DNA from: Eledone cirrhosa
Lineage: Eukaryota
Assembly (NCBI GenBank): GCA_964016885.1
Contig: OZ024744.1
Location: forward strand, 135,408,001-135,472,000
Direction of reading: 5' to 3'
DNA: 64,000 nt
The translations under genes were made by a program, and so were the position numbers. The stretch's first letter is position 1. Each line of letters starts with the position of its first letter. Shown piece after piece: positions 11,033 to 22,031 of the stretch. The notes below the pieces were generated by a model. That model did no database searches, was not told where the DNA came from, and worked only from the letters and a program-made list of their open reading frames with translations.

Positions 11033-14000
11033 CCAGGGATCCTTCAAAGAGGGCGTGTCCAAGATGCGAGCCGGACATTGAAACCGTCCTGCACGCAATT
11101 GTACACTGCCCAGGCGTAACCAACCTGTGGAACTATGCAGAACAACAATTGACTGCTGAGTCCATAGTAAGGATCAAACCGCCATCTTCATTTAAAACCG
11201 AAAGAGAGGCAGTTTTCCACTGTATAGTGGCTATGGTAAAAGAGGGCGCCCATGTCTGTAGAGCTTGTCTCGAACTGGTAGAGCTCCTCGGTAGCACTGC
11301 CAGGCCAGGGACTTTTGGAAGTTGTCCATCGGTCCCGGGCGGAAGGTCCTACCGAACAGACTGGCCAGTTCATCTTCCTCTACGCCTAGAGTTTCACCGA
11401 GCGCGTCGTCGCACTTGCTGCGGACTAACCCTCTATAGAATGACGAAGTGGAGTCTCCACTGATCGCCGGGTCCGCCTGCCAGAGGGCTGTGAGCGCCTG
11501 AGCACATTCGATGTGCCAGTCGCCCATTTTCCTCGGTCTTTGCTTGACCCAGGACTGCAGCTCGGTCAGCGAGACGAGTCGTGGGAAGGCTCGCCTCACG
11601 AACGGGGCCCACACCGGTTGTCCGGTGAGGAATACGTAGAGATGCCGCAGCCTGAGCGCGTGTTTGCGCATCGTCAACCACGGCATCCCCAGCCCTCCGT
11701 TAGAAGGGTGTTGGCAGCAGATGGATCTTCTCACCAAAGGAGCCCGCCTCTTCCAAAGGAATCGGAAGAGCGCGCGCTCCATTTTGGCGAGCGTTTTGGC
11801 TGGACAAGGCACGACGGTCAAGCGGTAGTAGATGGCGGACGCTATAAAAGTGTTCGCCACCTCCGCTCGACCTTTCAAGGATAGTTTGCACTCGGCCCAT
11901 TTCTGGGTGAGTGCAAACACCTTGGCCGTCACTTCGTTCCAGTTCTTCTCCACCTGGAGGTCCGGACCAAACCAGACCCCGAGCAGCTTTACCGGTCCTT
12001 CCGTCCAGCGTCCGACGACGCCATCGGAAGGCATCGGTCTGCCTCTCCACGATCCGAGTTGCAAACCGATGGACTTGTCCCGGTTCAGCTTCGCTCCTGT
12101 GAGACTTTCGTATTCCTTCAGTAAGGTGCCGACTTCCTCGATTTGCGAGGCGCTCGACACCATTACTGTCACGTCGTCGGGGTAGGCCGACGCCGCTTTC
12201 CGCAGTCCCGGTTCCAGAGGGATGCCCTGCAATAGCTCCAGCTTCCGCAGTAGTGGCTCGAGAGTCAGTACGTACAGAAGGGAGGAGAGAGGGCATCCCT
12301 GTCGAATGGATCGCGTAATATGGAACGGCTCCGAGAGGTAGCCGTTCACCTTGACCCTTGAGCAGATGTTGCTGTTGTGCATTGCAGCGATCCAGCCCCT
12401 GAACACGGGTCCGAAGCCTGCCGCCTCGAGCACCGTATCCAGGTAACGATGGTCAACCCTATCGAAAGCCTTAGACTGATCCAAGTTGATCAGGGCCCCA
12501 CCGAAGCCGGGTTTACACCCTACCCTCTCTATGATGTATCGCATGAGGTGGAGGTTGTCGTGTATGGACCTGGTCGGGATTGCGCATGTCTGCGCTTCTC
12601 CCACCAGGTTCTCGACGACAAGCGCCAGCCTCTTTGCCAACACCTTGGCCAAAATCTGTAACTCTGTGTTTAGCAGAGTTATGGGCCGGAAGTTGCCTAT
12701 GTCATCCCCCTTATTCTCGTCCTTCCTGATTAGTGTGACCACGCCCCCGGTTACAGAACTGGGAATTCTCCCGTTCTGTTGCCAGTTGCAGTAGACCGCT
12801 TCCAGGAGACCGGAGAATAAGTCCGGCATTGCTACGTAAAATTCGTAGGGTAGACCGTCGAGACCTGGAGATTTGCGTTTGCCGCATTGGCTCAGCGCGT
12901 CCCCTATCTCAGTGGCTGAAATCGGCTTTTCGCAGAACTTTGCCTCGCTGTCCGAGAGTCGCGGTAGGCCGTCGAGGTATGGACCGAAATCCATAGCCTC
13001 TCCCGGCGCGCCGCTCCCCCCGAACAGCCGAGCAAAGTGCCGCTGAAAAGCCGCACACATCTGCTTCGGCTCACGTATCACGCGTCCGTTTTGGTCCTTC
13101 AAAGACCGAATCGTGGACTTGTTGCCACTTTTTGCCTCCGTCACTCGGGCCCAGCTAACAGCTTTGGCTCTCTCGTTTCCCAGAGCACGTATTTTGCTTC
13201 TGACAACGCAGCCCTCGTGCTTTGCGTCGAAGAACTGGTCCAAGACCGTTCTCGCTGCTAGCACGCTGGCTACGTTGCCACTTCTAATTGCCTCTTCTAC
13301 TTTATCTACCAGTTCCTTCTCGGTTCTATTTCTATCTAACGCTAATTCTTTACTAATATCTATCGAGTCTAATCTAACTGCCCTCTTGAGAGAGTACCAC
13401 CATCTGTTGTTGACAATGGCCCCTGTCAAGTGCTGTTTAACTAAAGTGCTAATCCGTCTACTGTAGGCTTTGCTTGTCGGTAACGACAAGTTCAGCTTCC
13501 AGTAGCCGGGTCCTTGTCTATGGGTTCTATCAAGGTTGGCCATGCAGGTCACTAGTTTGTGATCTGAATAGGCAACCATGAACATTTGTGGACAGCTTAA
13601 CATGTCCCTATGCTTATTTCTAACTAGAACCCTATCTAGGTACGATCTAGATGTTCCGCTACGATTACTCCACGTCCACAGTGGCGCAGTCGGAAAATCT
13701 AGTCGATATCTATCGGCCAGGTCAAATCGGTCGATTAACTGTTTGAGGCTGTTACACCCCCCTTTATCGGGACATGCTCCCACATAGTCCCAACGTGCAT
13801 CTAGGATTCCATTCCAGTCCCCCACTAAAAGCAAGGAGCGGGACGTTACGAGGCCCAGGTGTTTCCGCAGCAAAACGGCAACTCCGCCCCCACCCCCCGG
13901 TTGACAGAGATATGCGTAGATCTCAAAGTCATCGAAGATGGGGGCCAGCTGTCGCTCGCCGTGGATCCTGGATTCGCAAATGGCTACGACATCCATACTG

Positions 14001-14440
14001 TGCGACCTGAGGTCGTTTAAGAGTTTGCCCTGTTTCCAGGGCATCCCCAGGCCGCGTACGTTCACACATCCAACTCTTATATTGGCCATGTTGGTGCTGA
14101 AAAGTTAAAAGAGGAAAAGAGATCACTCACCCTTCGCCTCCTGGGGACCAGGCCGCACGATTTCCATAGGGGTGTTGGAGGGGTTGTCTGGATGGGTGGT
14201 GGTTTCCGGCGGGGTGGGGACGCAGATGTTTGGTGGGGTGGGGAGGCATTTGAGAAGGACGCAGTTGAGTGGTTTCACGCAGGAATTACCCACATCCTTC
14301 TCAAATGTTTCTTTTAGGGACCTATAAGTTTGTATAGGGACCCTAATCAGTTTTAGGTTCAGTTTTTTGCTATTTTTTATAGAGTGGGCGAAAGTTTTCC
14401 CTTCGGTGAAAACCGAAGGGTCGTTCGTGATAGTCTCCAT
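11033..14440 (-). mobile_element. Tx1/L1-clade LINE: ORF1 remnant plus ORF2 (APE, RT), with its 3' segment inverted
   Basis: ORF 11231..14089 has NVRGL, GDWNG, SYLDRV, SDHK, GPGYWKLN, KSPGLDG, NFRPITLLN, DQSKAFDRV, RQGCPLS and YPDD. The C-terminal CPRC..ETVLH...HC segment lies on the plus strand at ~11050-11243. Confidence 0.92.
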
Positions 14441-14533
14441 TAGTGTTTTGTTTTCAGTGTTTATGTAAGTGTAAGTGTAATTTTCTTGTGTTGTGTTTGT
14501 TTTTCATGCAAACTTGACTGTCACCACATATTA

Positions 14534-14572
14534 TGAACCTGAAGATTGCGAAAGCATGAAAGTACTTGTTCA
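14534..14572 (+). ncRNA. Minimal type-I hammerhead ribozyme motif
   Basis: TGAAC-CTGAAGA-T-TGC(GAAA)GCA-T-GAAA-GTAC-TT-GTTCA: stem I, intact core, stem II and a palindromic stem III (AGTACT). Confidence 0.8.
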
Positions 14573-14684
14573 ATTAACACTTAGAATTTAATATTCTATC
14601 AAACTATTTCATTATAATACCATTATATATTTTAAAGGATTGTAAATAAAACGAGTAAATCAGACAAAGTTGGAATTCCTCTTA

Positions 14685-14757
<73 letters not shown>

Positions 14758-14869
14758 CGAAGGAAATGTGGTAAGGAACCAGGTGGACCATAACGCACCA
14801 AAGTACTCAATACTTAGGGTAGTAGAGTGGGAACCAGTAAGACCCCGACGGCTGAGTAATATCATAATC

Positions 14870-17558
14870 ATCATCATCATCTCATCATCTTCGTTTTACG
14901 TCCATATTCCACGCCCGCATGGGTTTGGACGGGGGTTTTCCCACTTGAGGCAAGAGTGGTTGTCTTGCTCGCATAGGACTGTCTGGCGGGTTTTCTACGA
15001 CTGGATGCCCTTCCTAACACCAACCACATTTACAGTGTGGAACTGGGAGGTTTTTACCGTGTTACCTACACGGCCACATTACAGCGTGGACTGTGTGCTT
15101 TTTTGTCGTGACACCTACACGACCTCATTTGTTTCGGGCTGGATGTTGTGGTACCAACATAACTTTACATTGGCTGGGGTCGGGGTAGTGGGACGGGGGT
15201 GTATTTTGTTAGACGTGCCTACTGACTGTAGTAGGTTTCACTTTGCACTTAGGTAAGGCGGGTCTTCTCTATTACTGTGTAGCACCAAAGGTCTCGGTCC
15301 AGTGACATTGTCTTAGAGAGGTGTAAGTGTGTGAGGTCGGAATTTATCAAGTCGTCCCAGGTTTTTCTGGGTCTGCCTACTCCGTGGCTACCGTCTATTT
15401 TTATTGCCCTGCACTTTTTTATACAGCTGTCGTCTTTCATGCGCATCACGTGACCATACCAACGTAGTCTTCTCTCGAGTAAACAACATCTGATCCCTCT
15501 TATTTCAAATTTCTCCCTTAGTTCGTTTATGCTTTGCCGTTCACGTATATTACTATATTACTCTCCAGTCTGCGTATATCCTCTGCACACAATGCCCAGG
15601 TCTCACTGCCATGTAACATTGCTGTTCGTATGCAGGCATCATACAGCCTGCCTTTCATTTTTAGAGAGAACCCTTTAGCGGCCAATAGTGGTATAAGCTC
15701 TCTGAACTTTTTCCATCCCGTTCTGACTCTAGCTACTGTACTTTCAGAGCACCCTCCCCCACTGCTGATTTTATCACCCAAGTAACGGAAGCTGTCCACT
15801 AATTCTATAGAACCATCTGTGCAATGGAATGAGTTAGTATTCTGTGGGCACTTGCTGCTACTTATTGCACCAGAGCACCAGCCACATATAAAATCTATAT
15901 TCTTAGTTAGCTTACCTGTGATCATCTTTTATGTACCCATACTTTGCATTTGGGACATAAAATGGAGTTTCTACCTACTCCTTTCCTACACACTGAGCAT
16001 GGCCATTTCCCAGTGCCCTATTTTCCAGTGCCCTATTTTCCTTCCTACAAACTAGAACTTTAGTCTTAGACAAGTTAACTTTAAGGCCTTTTGATTCTAG
16101 GCCATGCTTCCATGTTTTGAATTTCTTCTCTAGTTCAGCCATTGATTCAGCTATGAGCGTGAGATCATCTGCATATAGGAGTTCCCATGGGCAACCGGTC
16201 TTGAACTCCTCTGTTATAGCCTGAAGGGCAATAATAAATAGTAGGGGGCTAAGGACGGAGCCCTGATGAACACCAACTTTTACGCTAAACTCTTCACTAT
16301 ATTCGTTGTTAATTCTAACCTTGCTGACTGTTTCTTTATAGCTCTCACAAGCCATTCATCAACACCTAGTTTTCTAAGGGCCCACCAGATAATCTAGCGG
16401 GGTACTCTGTCAAAGGCTTTCTCCAAGTCAACAAAAGCTAAGTATAGGGGTACTTCTGTAGTTGTCGTACAAAGAAAAGAGCGTCTGTTGTACTTTTACC
16501 TGACACAAACCCGAACTGCATTTCGTCTAGATCAATTCGCTCTCTGATTAGTTGCGCTATTACTTTTTCTGTGACCTTCATGACCTGGTCAATTAATTTA
16601 ATGCCTCTATAGTTTCCCCTATCTAGGGCATCACCCTTGTAGCAGTTAATGATGATGCTGCTGCGTCAGTCCTTCGGAACGACCCCATTCTATATGACTT
16701 GGTTTACTATCCGGGTGACCATAGTGTGTCCCACCGTTCCAGATGCTTTCAGCATTTCGGCAACTATTTCCGAAGGCCCGGCCGCCTTGCCCGTCTTCAT
16801 GTCTTTGATCGCCTTACTTATTATACTACCTTCAACTTGCACTGCTGGTCCCTCTATTGGGTCGATGTGGGGGAGACTGCCTTTCTCCCAATTATTCTCC
16901 TCATTGAGCCTTTCGTAGTGACACTTCCAAGCTACCTTCTTATCAGCGTCAGTGATGGCAAGTACACCATCATCATTTAGGACACACTTCTCCCCAACAA
17001 TATCACTGTTTTCCTTGACACATTGCCTAGCAATCCTGAACACCTCACGTTGTAGAACATGCTTGAACTTTCTTTCCTCTGCTTCCCTTCTTGCGAAGTA
17101 CACTTGTCTCCTAGCTTCCCTCCTAGCCACTTGATAGTCTTCTCTACTTCCCCCATCCCGCCATGCTTTCCAAGCCTGCTTTTTGGCCTTGATTGACCTC
17201 TCCACCTTACTGTTCCACCACCAAGTTACTCTCCTCCTGCCTATAGGCCTGCTCCAGCCACAGGTTTCATCTGTCGCCTTCAGCAGGTTAGCTTTCAGGA
17301 ATTCCCACTGTTCCTCTATATTATACGACTCTAATTGCTCTTCCTTACTATCAAAAGCATCAAGTAATATGCTTTTAAATTTATGAATGGCTGTGGGGTC
17401 CTTTAATTTCCACATTTTTCTCCTGAGGATAGTCCTCTTCTGTTGTCGAATACGTCTCGTCCTGACTATGAGATCGCTAATTATGAGTCTATGTTGAGAC
17501 GTGCATTCTTCATGGGGGAGGGATTTAGTGTTTACAACAGACACTCTGTCACGTCTCC
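14870..17558 (-). mobile_element. RTE-clade LINE, subfamily A, 5'-truncated and degenerate
   Basis: Motifs TSQHRL, VTWWWN, KAAGPS, VGVHQGSVLSP, LLYADD, LHGSETW, GRPRKTW, plus 3'UTR and (GAT)n tail. Near-identical to 38794-42459. Confidence 0.93.
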
Positions 17559-17670
17559 TGGTATATATATATATATATATAGTAATATATATATATATAT
17601 ATATATTATAATTATAAAAAATTATAAAAAATAAACCAAAGAAGCCTTCAATACATCAAAAGTCTTTATT

Positions 17671-17710
17671 AGCCAACAATGTTTCGTCCTATTAAGGACT
17701 CATCAGGGCA
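17671..17710 (-). ncRNA. Minimal type-I hammerhead ribozyme motif
   Basis: Minus strand GCC-CTGATGA-GTCCT(TAAT)AGGAC-GAAA-CATTG-TT-GGC, followed by AATAAA. Confidence 0.82.
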
Positions 17711-18041
17711 AGTAAAGCTACAAGAAGCACTATCGGCCAATACAAGCCAAAAACTCAGAAGAATATGGAGTATACATCTATTAAAGCTTAGGAAAGATAT
17801 CAAGGAAACGTTGGCTAAGATTAAGAGTGAGCAGTTACAAACATAGATATAGACCAAATAGCAAGGAAGTGATTAACATGTTGAACCCACACTGCAAATA
17901 TTATATAATGCAAAAACTTGAAACACAAATGTTTTTTATAATTCTTCGGCTCTGTTTAATTACATTGAGCTATATCCTATACTGTCATTTCTATAATATG
18001 AAGAGGGTGTTTAACTCCAACAGACTCTAGTATTTTAATTC

Positions 18042-18177
18042 TTATATATATATATAGTAATATATATATATATATATAGTAATATATATATATATATATA
18101 GTAATATATATATATATATATATATAGTAATATATATATATATATATATATAGTAATATATATATATATATATATAG

Positions 18178-18252
<75 letters not shown>
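18042..18252. repeat. (TA)n microsatellite with interspersed GTAA
   Basis: Direct reading. Confidence 0.95.
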
Positions 18253-18257
<5 letters not shown>

Positions 18258-18518
18258 ATACTTTGGGAGGGTCATGTTGCCAATAAGAAACACACGCACC
18301 AGTTGCTTTCACTTCAATTTATTATATATTTATAAATTTATAAATTTACAAATCTACAAACTTATAAATTTCTGGTTGGTTGGTTGGTTCCACAACCAGA
18401 TAGTTGTTTATATATATAGTCATAGTCCTTTCGTCACACACTCTGTGACCTCTTCAGTGACTGGGGATTTCAACACACGATTTCAGATAAAGAATCTTGC
18501 TAAACAAATTCAGAAACG

Positions 18519-18572
<54 letters not shown>

Positions 18573-18840
18573 ATATATATATATATATATTTCGTTTCTG
18601 AATTTGTTTAGCAAGATTCTTTATCTGAAATCGTGTGTTGAAACCGATATTGTTATACTTTGGGAGGGTTATGTTGCCAATAAGAAACACACCAACCAAC
18701 CAACCAACCAGAAATTTATAATTTATAAGTTTGTAGATTTGTAAATTTATGAATTTATAAATATATAATAAATTGAAGTGAAAGCAACTGGTGCGTGTGT
18801 TTCTTATTGGCAACATGACCCTCCCAAAGTATAACAATAT
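18253..18840. mobile_element. Rearranged and inverted pseudo-LTR fragments of the PLE family at 49820-55595
   Basis: Near-identical to 49820-50095 and 55380-55595, present in both orientations and separated by (TA)n. Confidence 0.88.
18418..18462 (-). ncRNA. Minimal hammerhead motif in PLE pseudo-LTR
   Basis: Minus strand AGTCA-CTGAAGA-G-GTCAC(AGAGTGT)GTGAC-GAAA-GGAC-TA-TGACT. Confidence 0.72.
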
Positions 18841-18847
18841 ATATATA

Positions 18848-19088
18848 TAGTTATGTAATAAACAACATAAGCCAATTATTCCATTTACCAGTGGTTTCTT
18901 GAAAGCAAAGAATTTTGCTTTCAATCCTGAGAATGAAAAAATCCTGGTCTGTTTATTGAATTTGGATTTTAAAAACAAAAATGCAATCTATATGAAAGTG
19001 AGGCTGGAGAAAGAAGAAGGAAAGGAAAAATAAAATAAAACCACACATGCAAACACACACACAAACACATACACACAAAAGCATGCAT

Positions 19089-19125
<37 letters not shown>

Positions 19126-19712
19126 CACTCATACATACACACACACATATACACATATATATGTGTATATAAATACACACATACACATACATACGCACAT
19201 AAATATCAACACATCCATACATACACATACATATATACAACCACACACACATATATACACACATATATATATATAAATATAAATATATATATATACATAT
19301 ATATATATATACATACATGCATACACATACACATACATATACATACATACATACATGCACACAATCATACCTATATACACACGTATATACATACACATAC
19401 ATAAAAGCGTACATATGCATGTACAAAATTAGAAAAATATACACACCTCTACATATTCACACACGCAAATAAATATAAGAAAAAATATATATAAAAAATA
19501 AAATTATTATACAGTTGACAGCGATACATGCGACGAGTAGATGAACAGACACGCGTGGTAAGCAATACACACAAATGCACGTACACATACGTACGAAAAA
19601 GTAAATACATACACACACTCTCACATAAATATACATATACAAATACATAAACACATACATACACATACACAAACACGCACACGCACATATATACACACAC
19701 ATATACACATAC

Positions 19713-19808
<96 letters not shown>

Positions 19809-21920
19809 TAAAATAACAGATTAAAGTTTAAGCAAAGAATCGCTGCTTTCACCCTTAACGGGATCTTCTGAAACTAACAAAGTCAATCTGTAAACGCAGA
19901 ACTGGATATTTCAAAAAACGTTGCAACCGGAGGAAGACAGGAAGACGATACTTTGGTTCGTGGTAACGTTCGCTGGCAAAGAACGGGAAAAAACGAATAA
20001 TACGTCATTAATAGGAGCGGTGAAAACAATTACGCGCAAAGACAAAACCACGTTTATGGTATAAAAGAGGTCGTAGACTAATGTTCTCTTAGGTGGTGCA
20101 TAGAGACGTTCTCTGGCAATGAACGAAAAAACGAAGATAATAAGTCATATGTGGAGCGTGGAGAACAATAGCACGCAAAGACAAAACCACGTAAATGGTA
20201 TAGCAGAAATCGTAGACTAAAATTCTAACTAGGAGACCAAATGAATCTCCGCTACAGAGTTAAGAACAAAGTAAATAAATACAATACAGAAGTAATAGAA
20301 ACAAATAAATACATACACGCAAACAGATACGTACATACACAAGCATACGCAAAACCTTACCATGGGTATACAAAACCACGCACATATAAATATGTGTGTG
20401 TGTGTATGCTTGTGTACAAATAAATAAATAATTATATAAACGTATATAAGTAAATAAATACGTATATAACAAGCGCACACGCATACCTACATATAAATAC
20501 ACGAATGTTCGGAGACGTAAGTCAACTAAAACAAGAAGTACACATATACACACACCCACCATACGTACGAACCTGCACACTCACGCGGACGCAAAACTCC
20601 CGTATACACATAGCCAAACCCTAAATACCAGAATATGTAAAAATTATACGCTATAACAGACAAATATACGTACGAGAAGGTATACATACCTTCACAAAAC
20701 ATACGGGTAATATATACTTACCTATGCAAATAAGTAAAGGAATAAACAAAACATATACTTAGCTCCCACATCAAGACGTAAAATATCCACGTATAGATCG
20801 TGCTATCCGTTAGGGTATAACGTGGGGTTGTAATACAGGAAAGTTTTGTGCAATTTATGTTTACAAGCCGAAATTGCCTCAGATTTTTTGTTTAAGATGT
20901 GGTCTGTAGCGTAGAGTATTTACAGGGCCTCAGCGGCGCAGAGGTCACATGGTCTTTTATTTCCGTTATACGATCTAGCCCTAGCTAGGATCTCCCAGTG
21001 TAACTTATATTGGGTGTGGTTGTCTTTTAGACTCCAGATATAAGCTGAAAGTGACGTCATATTCCTTCTTAGAGGGTAACGAAAAGAATGGGTATGCATG
21101 TAAAGACGCTGCTTGAAACTATTGGCGGTTAACCCTATGTAGGCCCTACGGGACGTGGGTGTTACAACCTTACATTTGTAGACAATGTTATTAGAGAGGC
21201 ATTTCCCGGATAGGGGGAAATCAGCCCGATTCCTACAATTACAGTTAGTACTAACTACAGGGTTGCACGTGTTCCTACGGCTAGGTAGTTTAGCTAAATT
21301 TGAAGCTGTGATGTTATGTGCAAGGTTAGGAGTCGTAGAGTAAGAAATTTTAATAGTATTTCTATTAAAATTTTTACTATATTTATGTGTAGGGGGGAAA
21401 TGCTTCGTAATAAGGGAAAGAAAGATCTTAGCTAATGGTGTGGCCACCTCCATATTATATGGTGGGTTAAACCAACAAATGCGACGGGATCTATTTCTTC
21501 TAGGTCTATTTTCGTACTCTGTATATGCTACCTTATCGACAAATCCACTTCGAGCAAGAGCTTCATTGTAATAAGTGGAATGGTCGTTGAAAATGCGCTC
21601 GTTGGTGGAAAGACGGGAAAGCCTCAACGAAACGTTTCTTACCAGGTTCTTGGTTATGCTGGCAGGATGGTTGGAATGCTTACTTATGTAATTAAGCGTA
21701 TCATTCGGCTTTCTATACGGGTAATACAACCCATTCAATAAATTGAGGGTAACGTCGAAGTAATTAACGACCGAGAGATTGGCCTCAGGTTGAGGCCAAT
21801 CTCTCGGTCGTTAATGGAATAATTGGCTTATGTTGTTTATTACATAACTATTAAGCTCTGTTACCTACATAGAGCACTCTTTTTTCCTGGACTTTTCCGA
21901 CGGAATTACTTCATTCGTAC
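18848..21920 (-). mobile_element. Penelope-like element (second family), 5'-truncated, with a long microsatellite-rich 3' region and a short inverted terminal arm
   Basis: ORF 20920..21738 has PYRKPND..Y....SNHP, WFNPPY, CNCR and a GIY-YIG domain (IVYKC...AYIGLT..FKQR..H). 18848-18886 is the inverted match of ~21814-21851. Confidence 0.85.
20920..21738 (-). pseudogene. PLE RT thumb plus GIY-YIG endonuclease fragment
   Basis: Motifs as listed for the element. The RT catalytic core is missing. Confidence 0.85.
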
Positions 21921-22031
21921 ACATATATATATATAGATATATATTTATATATATATAGATATATATTTATATATATATAGATATATATTTATATATAAAT
22001 ATATATATATTTATATATAAATATATATATA

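Noticed and set aside
19836-19875. Hammerhead-like CAGAAGA-TCCC(GTTAA)GGGT-GAAA on the minus strand in the PLE 3' region
   Set aside because: The core is mutated and there is no convincing stem I or cleavage triplet. It is at most a relic and was not counted.
18042-20580. Many YI/CV-rich ORFs
   Set aside because: They are translations of (TA)n, (CA)n and (TACA)n microsatellites.
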